This document shows, one piece after another, positions 56,933 through 64,000 of a stretch of 64,000 nucleotides of DNA. Source of the DNA: a virus; the IMG/VR virus record IMGVR_UViG_3300025122_000010, positions 1-64,000 of that record. One strand, 5' to 3'. A model generated the notes under the pieces. The model saw nothing but the letters and a program-made list of their open reading frames with translations. It did no database searches and had not been told where the DNA came from. Each line of letters begins with the position of its first letter. Position 1 is the stretch's first letter. The position numbers and the translations under genes were made by a program.

Positions 56933-57939
56933 GTGGAAACCTTATTATTGGTGGAGGTCCTGCTGGACTAACATTTGCTTTTCTAAATCCTGAATTTGTT
57001 GTCTTAGATGCAAACCCAATGAGTCAAATTAAAACTAAGTATAAGCTTGGTCCAAGATTCATTCAAGTCAATCCCGACACTGTAAAATTCTTCAATGAAT
57101 ATACTGATGAGCTTATGTTAACCGACACAGTTCAAGTTGGTGTGAAGAAAATTGGCTATATGAGAGCGGCTGAACTAATAGAAGAAGCTGACGATAATTT
57201 TAAAAGGAGATATTCTTGGTTGACTCGAGGAAAGAAAGATTATGAAGAGAGCTTTCTTTCTGCAGGTAGAAATAAGATAGAGTTCTTTTATTTTTCAAGT
57301 AGTAGTTATATGATTGGTTTCCATCTTGCTTGTGATCAGTTATTTGACAGGATGATGTCTATATTACAGAAGAGATTGCAAATTGTAAAAGTCAATGTAA
57401 GAGCTATCAGCCCATTTAATAGCTTTATAAAATTAGAATGTAGTGGTAATGAATATGATGCAATCCCTCACAACTATGGAAGACTGGTTAGCACTCTTGA
57501 TATCAGAAAATTTGCAAGAATGACAGAAAGGCAAGCTTGGAAGCTTGGTATGGTTGACAACTTAGGCTTCACTCCAGCATTTAAAGTTAAGGAAAAACAT
57601 TTTTATGTGACAGGGTGTAGTGAAGAAGATAAAAGATTAGATGCTGCTAATTTTGCTTATGTGTATTCTGTTGATGGTGTATACACTAGGAAAACAATAC
57701 ACTATCCGTTCTACACAGTGTATGAAACTACTGATAAGTTACCGAATTTCCAGAAGTTCATAATGGGCAATCGAATAGTAGATAGATATGAAGACTTACC
57801 AATTCAAATAGAAGATAGCATGAATATAACTAAGTTAGGGAATATTCAAATGCTGGGAAGGTATGCACAGTGGAATCACTCTATTAGATTTGACACTTTG
57901 TTTAAAGAATTTAGAAGAATTAGGAGGTTTTATGGATAA
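56929..57939 (+). CDS. FAD-binding protein, UDP-galactopyranose mutase-like superfamily
   Basis: IIGGGPAGL; C-terminal LGRYAQWNH. Confidence 0.65.
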   Translation: MSGNLIIGGGPAGLTFAFLNPEFVVLDANPMSQIKTKYKLGPRFIQVNPDTVKFFNEYTDELMLTDTVQVGVKKIGYMRAAELIEEADDNFKRRYSWLTRGKKDYEESFLSAGRNKIEFFYFSSSSYMIGFHLACDQLFDRMMSILQKRLQIVKVNVRAISPFNSFIKLECSGNEYDAIPHNYGRLVSTLDIRKFARMTERQAWKLGMVDNLGFTPAFKVKEKHFYVTGCSEEDKRLDAANFAYVYSVDGVYTRKTIHYPFYTVYETTDKLPNFQKFIMGNRIVDRYEDLPIQIEDSMNITKLGNIQMLGRYAQWNHSIRFDTLFKEFRRIRRFYG

Positions 57940-58912
57940 GCTTGAACATATGTTTGAGACTCAAAAAGAGTTTGAAGATCACTTCTTCAGAAAAACATTT
58001 GGAGTTTCATTAGAAGAGTTCATGGAATCAGATAAAAATAAATTAGCTTGGAATAAAGAGTTTATTTTGTGTCTTATGAAAGAATCATCTGAGTTACTAG
58101 ACAACTTGAATTGGAAGCATCATACTGACTTGAATGTAGAGCAGTCTAAAGATAACTTCATTGAGAACTCTGTTGATTTGATGAAGTATCTTTTTGCTCT
58201 TCTTGCAATAAATGGTGTGAATGCTAATGAGTTGTTCAAAAAATTTGTTTCTAAATCAGTTGTTGTAAAAGCCAAATTCGAACAAAAGCTTTTGCTAGAA
58301 CAATTGAAGAAAGATAAAGATCGTAAAATTGCTGTAGTTGATATTGATGGAGTGTTGTCTGATTATCCAGATAGTTTTCTAGCTTCAACTCCATACTTGC
58401 AGAAATTCACTAATATTCAAGATGCAGTTTGCAATGATTATCCTCTATACAATGTTGCTAAAAAGCATTATAGAACAAGTGGGGTAAAAGCTAGCATTGA
58501 AATAAGAGAGGGTGCAAAAGAACTTTTAGATTATCTCAAAGATTGTGGGTATTTCGTCATACTACTAACTGCAAGACCATATGATAAGGTAAGCAGAATC
58601 TATCAAGACACATTGTATTGGCTTGACAAGAATAAATTGAAATATGATGCTATAATTTGGGAGAAAGAAAAAGCTAAGTATGCAATAAAGCATTTTAAAG
58701 AGAACAATGTAGTATTTTGCATTGATGACGAGGTGAAGCAAGTTAATAAATTAAGCTCAGAATTCAAAACATATTTTGTCACAAATGAGAAGCTGTATAG
58801 AAGTAGAGAACAGATGTTGGCAATGATCGGTTATTCATTGATAAACACTAATAATATAGTGTTATGTGACAATATGTGCGATGTTCTTCATGAAGTGAAA
58901 AAAGGAGAATAA
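57932..58912 (+). CDS. all-alpha dUTPase/MazG-like domain fused to HAD phosphatase
   Basis: MFETQKEF..E..ELLD..WKHH..E..D; VDIDGVL, LTARP, IDDE; ATG at 57932 after AGGAGG. Confidence 0.75.
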   Translation: MDKLEHMFETQKEFEDHFFRKTFGVSLEEFMESDKNKLAWNKEFILCLMKESSELLDNLNWKHHTDLNVEQSKDNFIENSVDLMKYLFALLAINGVNANELFKKFVSKSVVVKAKFEQKLLLEQLKKDKDRKIAVVDIDGVLSDYPDSFLASTPYLQKFTNIQDAVCNDYPLYNVAKKHYRTSGVKASIEIREGAKELLDYLKDCGYFVILLTARPYDKVSRIYQDTLYWLDKNKLKYDAIIWEKEKAKYAIKHFKENNVVFCIDDEVKQVNKLSSEFKTYFVTNEKLYRSREQMLAMIGYSLINTNNIVLCDNMCDVLHEVKKGE

Positions 58913-58914
58913 AA

Positions 58915-59313
58915 ATGCATCAATTGTCAGTATGCATCTATGAGTTTCCAGCAGCAACATATGACATCCAACATTGGAAAACGAGATTTAAAGACAAAAT
59001 AGCTTATATTGCAGATGCAGCTGAACTTACTGGTGACCCTAATGTTTATTATTTTCAAATGAAGGGTAGAAAAGTAAATGGTGGTTATGTTGGAGAAACT
59101 GTATATTGTATACCTCATTATAGATTACATGATGTTATGTTACGCGATCCGATAGTAGAGATATTCGATGCTAGTATTACAATTAACTCTGTTTTTAAAT
59201 TAATATTAGTGGGAAGTTTTGACACAAGTATGTTACATAAAATCCTAGTACTAACTGACCAACTCAAATCAATGGGAATGAGGGATCTAAAAGATGAGCA
59301 AAAGAGAGATTGA
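58915..59313 (+). CDS. hypothetical protein
   Basis: ORF in operon. Confidence 0.55.
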   Translation: MHQLSVCIYEFPAATYDIQHWKTRFKDKIAYIADAAELTGDPNVYYFQMKGRKVNGGYVGETVYCIPHYRLHDVMLRDPIVEIFDASITINSVFKLILVGSFDTSMLHKILVLTDQLKSMGMRDLKDEQKRD

Positions 59314-59872
59314 CAAAGCAATTGTAGAATGTGAGAGTTGCGAACTCCATATGTTGGAAGCAAATGACAATTCTTTGCAAGAAGAAAATGGTTACGGGAA
59401 ACTGGTGGGCAAGGAAGGGAGACAATCTAATGACATAATGATTGTAGGGCTAAATCCTTCAGGTGCTAGATTTGAAGGTCTAAAGCATCCATTTGATGCT
59501 AATATGAGTAGCACAGTCTATAATGCTGGCACTGGTTTTATGAAGATGTTGAGACACATAGGTATTTATGACCATTGTTACGTAACAAATCTAGTAAAGT
59601 GTTCAACATTCGATAACACTGTAAGTAATGATGATTTCAATAATTGCAAAAAACACTTTGAGCTAGAATTAGAATATGCTAAACCCAAGCTTATACTGGC
59701 TTGTGGTAACCAAGTTTATGAATTCTTGACTACGTATTATAATAACACAGAGGCTAGTATAAAGAAGATATATCATCCTAGCTATTGTTTGAGCTATAAT
59801 AGAATCAATGAAGATCAATATCTAAAACATATAGCTAATATCGTCGTTGAATTTGCTGAAAAGGGGAAATAA
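59294..59872 (+). CDS. uracil-DNA glycosylase family 4/5-like protein
   Basis: CESCEL, IVGLNPS, TNLVKC, YHPS. Confidence 0.8.
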   Translation: MSKREIDKAIVECESCELHMLEANDNSLQEENGYGKLVGKEGRQSNDIMIVGLNPSGARFEGLKHPFDANMSSTVYNAGTGFMKMLRHIGIYDHCYVTNLVKCSTFDNTVSNDDFNNCKKHFELELEYAKPKLILACGNQVYEFLTTYYNNTEASIKKIYHPSYCLSYNRINEDQYLKHIANIVVEFAEKGK

Positions 59873-60904
59873 ATGATTAACGTATTTGTCACAGGTGAAG
59901 AGGGAACTATACCAAGAGCAATGAGAGTTATACCTAGTAATTGTCATATTGTAAATGGGGGTTACTTGAAATATGAACATTGGAAAACTCACCAAAGTTT
60001 TCAAGCTCGTCGGCGAGAAATCGATTTTTTAAACAGAGAACTACTCTTTGATTTGTTTTCCAAACACAGTGACGAAATTGATGTTGTGATTCATTCCGGT
60101 GCTTATGTAGGCACTGATTTTTGCGATAGCGATAGTGTAAAAGCAATTGAAACCAATAACATCGGAACTCAAAACATCATCGATATTTGCAATAATTTTA
60201 AGAAACCCTTGGTTCTTATTTCAACAACTGCTATTTTCGATCCCAGTAAGTATAGCTCATCTTCTCCGATAGATGAAAACACACTAATCAATCCACAAAC
60301 ACTATATGGAGTAACAAAATACTTTTCAGAATTACAAGTAGAAAGACAGATAAAGGGAAAGTATTTTATACTAAGGCCTGTCTTTGGTTTTGGTGACTAT
60401 CCAGACGATCTACATAGTGCATTGACTAAAGTTATTTATACTCTATATAAGAACTATACAGGGACCGAACAAACACTTGAACTTAAATTAGCACCATTCA
60501 ATCAAAAGTCTTATATTAGAGTAGAGAATATAGCAAATGTAATTTTGAAATTTGCTGAACGTATTATGGAACCCAAGGGACATTTTTTTAAGCACTATAA
60601 TATTGGCAAAAATTATTCATATGCAAGAGATTGGCATGAGATGATTGATGTTGTAGCTAATTGTTTTGGAAACTATGAAGCCCCGGACCACCCGGGTCAT
60701 TCAATAGATGCAGATGTAATAATGGAGACGTTTAAAAGACAAATAATTTTTGATGCAGATGCTGACTATTTGGGTTGGCATAATATTAATGATAGCTCAA
60801 TATCAAGACTTAAAATAGAACAACTTATTTCTTTTGAAGAGGGTGTTCGAAAGACTGTAAATAGCGTAATACAAAACATTAACGTGGAGCCTTATTGGAT
60901 ATGA
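59873..60904 (+). CDS. NAD-dependent nucleotide-sugar epimerase/reductase (SDR)
   Basis: TGEEGTI, ISTTAIF, YGVTK, LRP. Confidence 0.8.
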   Translation: MINVFVTGEEGTIPRAMRVIPSNCHIVNGGYLKYEHWKTHQSFQARRREIDFLNRELLFDLFSKHSDEIDVVIHSGAYVGTDFCDSDSVKAIETNNIGTQNIIDICNNFKKPLVLISTTAIFDPSKYSSSSPIDENTLINPQTLYGVTKYFSELQVERQIKGKYFILRPVFGFGDYPDDLHSALTKVIYTLYKNYTGTEQTLELKLAPFNQKSYIRVENIANVILKFAERIMEPKGHFFKHYNIGKNYSYARDWHEMIDVVANCFGNYEAPDHPGHSIDADVIMETFKRQIIFDADADYLGWHNINDSSISRLKIEQLISFEEGVRKTVNSVIQNINVEPYWI

Positions 60905-61335
60905 TGATATTTTTTTCAGGACCGGATTGTAGTGGTAAAGACACTGTGATGCATGAAGTTGCACATTTATCAGAATACAAATATTACATGAGCCCTAGAT
61001 CACCGATATGTAATATTGTGTATGATGTTATATTTGATAGAAACATCGATTTATTTGAATCGAATATGAAAACTATAGCTGGACTACTTCCATTAGATGC
61101 ATACTTTGTGTTAGTTATTGCTGATGTTGAAGTTCTAGTAAATAGGGCAATTAGTAGAGGTGAGCAACATGTGATATCAGAAAAGGATTTTGAAAAGCAT
61201 TTGAGAATATACAAAGATGTTTTTGAAATGGTTAGCAATACTTACATACAGTATGCTGATAGGTTCCTTATTATTGATAACTCAGGTGATTTGGAGAAGA
61301 CAGCTAAAACACTAAAGGTTAACCTATGCTTATAA
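60895..61335 (+). CDS. thymidylate-kinase-like dNMP kinase
   Basis: P-loop GPDCSGKDT, RSP, IIDNS. Confidence 0.75.
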   Translation: MDMMIFFSGPDCSGKDTVMHEVAHLSEYKYYMSPRSPICNIVYDVIFDRNIDLFESNMKTIAGLLPLDAYFVLVIADVEVLVNRAISRGEQHVISEKDFEKHLRIYKDVFEMVSNTYIQYADRFLIIDNSGDLEKTAKTLKVNLCL

Positions 61336-62198
61336 ATAAGTGGACTTTAAACTCAGTTCCATTTCGGGTTCCATTTGTAGGTGAGAAGTTAGGGTATTTT
61401 GACTACAATGAGTGTGTTAGAGTGTTTTCAACTTACGATGAATTAGAAAACTTGAGTAAAATTGGAAACTGCTCAACAGACGAAGCAGTTGATAGAGTCA
61501 AATTTGGTGATGTATATGATTCACATGCTCTAACATTTTTCTTGTATAACTTTTCTGCACTCCAAGTTATAGAAAACCATTATGGTAAAGTATCAGATAG
61601 TGTAATGCTTGAACTAGGTTGTAATAATGGATATGTCTCTAGATTGCTACAAAGGAATGGTTTTAAGATCAAAGAATATTGGGGTGTAGATTTTGATTTA
61701 CAGTTTTGCATAGAAGGGTTAAGGAATTTTGGTAGTTCTGATCAGATATTTGGAAGCAATTTCATGTCAGGTGATATTAATAAGCCTTTGATGTTTAAAG
61801 AGGCATCATTTGATTTAGTATTTATGCAAGAAGCATTCGACCATTGCAAAGATAGATTCTTTTATGCTGAGCAATGTTTAAGTGAGATCAAAAGAGTGTT
61901 AAAACCAGATGGACATGCATATATAACATTGGTGTTTGAACATGAACACAGAGACCTCTATCATTGGGATCACAACTATGTTTGGAAAAAGCATGAGTTT
62001 GAAAATGTTGTTAGTGATTATTTCGACATTGTTAATTTTAATCCCTTGATGACATTTGATGAAGTTGTCAAGTCTAACACTTTCGATTCTTGGAAAGTTC
62101 GAAAAAACTGGCCCCATAAATTAGCTAAAATGTTTTGTGCAGGTTTTGTAGACGAGAAAGATACTGCTGTAGGGGCATATATGCTAAGGAGTAAGTGA
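61326..62198 (+). CDS. class I SAM methyltransferase
   Basis: LELGCNNG, GVDF, SFDLVF, EIKRVLKPDG. Confidence 0.85.
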   Translation: MLINKWTLNSVPFRVPFVGEKLGYFDYNECVRVFSTYDELENLSKIGNCSTDEAVDRVKFGDVYDSHALTFFLYNFSALQVIENHYGKVSDSVMLELGCNNGYVSRLLQRNGFKIKEYWGVDFDLQFCIEGLRNFGSSDQIFGSNFMSGDINKPLMFKEASFDLVFMQEAFDHCKDRFFYAEQCLSEIKRVLKPDGHAYITLVFEHEHRDLYHWDHNYVWKKHEFENVVSDYFDIVNFNPLMTFDEVVKSNTFDSWKVRKNWPHKLAKMFCAGFVDEKDTAVGAYMLRSK

Positions 62199-62713
62199 TG
62201 CTAAATATGTTAATAAAAGATTGGAAAAACAGAATAGACAAACAATTTGAAGCTGGATTGTGGGTTGATGGTATTTCAGGTACTTATGAATTGACAAACT
62301 TTGAATATTCTATTTTACCAGTATTAGATAGTCTAGTTGAAGCACCAAATAGAGAAGAAATTATTGAAAGAAATTTTGTAATTGAAAGATCGAAATTAGT
62401 AGCAAATTATTTGCTTGATGACATGAATTCGAGACGTGCTTCATTTGTAAATAACTATGATGGAGAAGACAATCATTGTATTTCATATTTCCATCATTAT
62501 ATAAGAGATAATAGTCACCCTAGTCATTGCATGAACGTGTATGTAAGAAGCATGAATTACGATACAAACTTTGTGTTTGACAACCAGACATTTTGTTTGG
62601 CATATTGGGCAATTCATAATTTACTTACGCTTAAATATGTATTAGAACCAACTACGTATAGTTATATAAGAGTTTTTGTATTTTCACTACACAAATTTAA
62701 GGAAAATCAATGA
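62195..62713 (+). CDS. short thymidylate-synthase-fold protein (dCMP-modifying type)
   Basis: SRRA, HCISYFHHYIR, VYVRSMN..FVFD, SLH. Confidence 0.7.
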   Translation: MMLNMLIKDWKNRIDKQFEAGLWVDGISGTYELTNFEYSILPVLDSLVEAPNREEIIERNFVIERSKLVANYLLDDMNSRRASFVNNYDGEDNHCISYFHHYIRDNSHPSHCMNVYVRSMNYDTNFVFDNQTFCLAYWAIHNLLTLKYVLEPTTYSYIRVFVFSLHKFKENQ

Positions 62714-64000
62714 AGCTAAAATACAAAAATGGAAGTAAGTTTGACACATACATTCCTCTACATGGACATAGCACTTATAGTTTGGGAGATGGTGTAGCTC
62801 GTCTTTCTGATATTGTAAGTAAAACTAAGGAGATAGGAGCTAATGCTGTAGGTCTAACTGAGCATGGGAATATGCTTTCATTTTTCAAGTTCTATAATGA
62901 AGCAAAAGCCAATGATGTAATTCCTATAATTGGTGTTGAGCTTTATGTGAATGACTTATTCTATGATGACAAAGAAGCATTCTTGAAAGCAAAGAGAAGC
63001 AAGGGTGATGAAGATGAAAATGAGCTTGAGTTAGATGCAGCAACAGATACAAGCAATGCACACTTTGTTGTTTACTGCAAGAACTTGAAGGGTATGCATA
63101 ATCTTATTCACTTGTCTAACATTGGTTTCTTTAATTTCTACAGGAAGCCCCTGGTTAAACTTGACATGATGTTTGAGCACCTGGATGAAAACAACATTGT
63201 AACAACAGGTTGTGTAAACTCACCATTCAACAAACTCATATTGCTAGGTAAGTTGGATGAAGCTGAAAAACTATTGAAGAGATTCAAGAAACATTTCAAG
63301 GATGATTTTTACTTTGAGATTCAAGCAAATGGAATGGAAGAGCAAAAGATTGTAAATGATTTCTATGAAGAGGCACATACTAGACATAATGTCAAACCTG
63401 TATTTGCTCTTGACTACCATTATGCAAATAAGGAAGATTATTATATCCAGTATTTGAGTTTTCTAATCAAGAACAGACATACTGTAGAATCAATGCCACT
63501 TGAAGATTGGTTTTATACTGTAAGAAACTTGCACATCAAAGACATTGACGAAGTATATGAAGTTGCAAGTGATATCAATATTAATTTCTTGGAGCTAGCT
63601 CTTAACTCAACATTTGAAATAAGAGACAAGATAGAAATTGATATTCCAACATATCCAAATAATTATCCAAAGTATACTGAAAGTGACAGTGAAACAGATA
63701 AGTTGTTCCTTGAAGTTTTCACAAAGAAGTATAAAGAAAAGATCGATTCAGGAGTTATTCCGAAAGATCGTATCAAAGAATATGATGAAGTGATTGAAAA
63801 GGAAATACAGATTTTTAAGAAGAAAGACTTCATCAACTATCTAATGATTATATCAGATATATTAGATGGTTTTGTATATGCTTCTGGTGGTTCGACAGGA
63901 GCAGGTCGAGGTAGTGCAGCTGGGTCACTAATATTGTTTATAATGGATGTGACAAAGATTGATCCTGTGAAGCATGATCTCATGTTTGAGAGATTCCTGA
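62710..64000 (+). CDS. dnaE: DNA polymerase III alpha subunit (family C), 3'-truncated by window edge
   Basis: Not in ORF track; ATG at 62710; PHP motifs LHGHSTYSLGDG, LTEHGN, IIGVELY, DYHY; GAGRGSAAGSL; MFERF. Confidence 0.92.
   Translation, partial: MKLKYKNGSKFDTYIPLHGHSTYSLGDGVARLSDIVSKTKEIGANAVGLTEHGNMLSFFKFYNEAKANDVIPIIGVELYVNDLFYDDKEAFLKAKRSKGDEDENELELDAATDTSNAHFVVYCKNLKGMHNLIHLSNIGFFNFYRKPLVKLDMMFEHLDENNIVTTGCVNSPFNKLILLGKLDEAEKLLKRFKKHFKDDFYFEIQANGMEEQKIVNDFYEEAHTRHNVKPVFALDYHYANKEDYYIQYLSFLIKNRHTVESMPLEDWFYTVRNLHIKDIDEVYEVASDININFLELALNSTFEIRDKIEIDIPTYPNNYPKYTESDSETDKLFLEVFTKKYKEKIDSGVIPKDRIKEYDEVIEKEIQIFKKKDFINYLMIISDILDGFVYASGGSTGAGRGSAAGSLILFIMDVTKIDPVKHDLMFERFL

Noticed and set aside
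394-62117. Minus-strand and nested alternative-frame ORFs in the track
   Set aside because: They shadow well-supported + strand genes or tRNAs and lack recognisable motifs.
1-64000. Stop-codon recoding
   Set aside because: Conserved genes are full length in code 11, end in TAA, TAG and TGA, and no CTA, TCA or TTA suppressor tRNA was found.

Overview
This AT-rich window (roughly 30-35% GC by eye) has essentially all real genes on the + strand and reads as part of a large/jumbo bacteriophage genome. Standard code 11 fits, and a Gram-negative host is suggested by a secreted beta-barrel and a Spy/CpxP-like gene. (1) 1-25.5 kb is a glycan/nucleotide-sugar island (GT9, GT2, GT4 and CgeB-like transferases, RmlD, cupin, epimerases, HddA kinase, methyltransferases, radical SAM) that also holds thyX and a protease. 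Embedded in it is a Ro60/TROVE gene preceded by three tandem, covarying Y-RNA-like ncRNAs. (2) 25.7-30.5 kb holds ClpP-like, HNH, HAD, Nudix, gp32-like SSB and RecA/UvsX genes. (3) 30.7-47 kb is a promoter-rich region with 34 tRNA genes covering all 20 amino acids, an RlaP-like nucleotidyltransferase, a homing endonuclease, and at least four tRNA mimics without a normal anticodon. One mimic is a head-to-head double-elbow RNA; another has alanine identity and no anticodon arm. (4) 47-64 kb is nucleotide metabolism and replication: IMPDH/GMPR, 5'-3' exonuclease, helicase, class II RNR, a candidate sugar-linked cytosine-modification cluster and a DnaE-type polymerase running off the end. The best candidates for undescribed biology are the Ro60/Y-RNA array plus tRNA-mimic system and the base-modification cluster. 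All assignments come from motif reading by eye; no searches were run.
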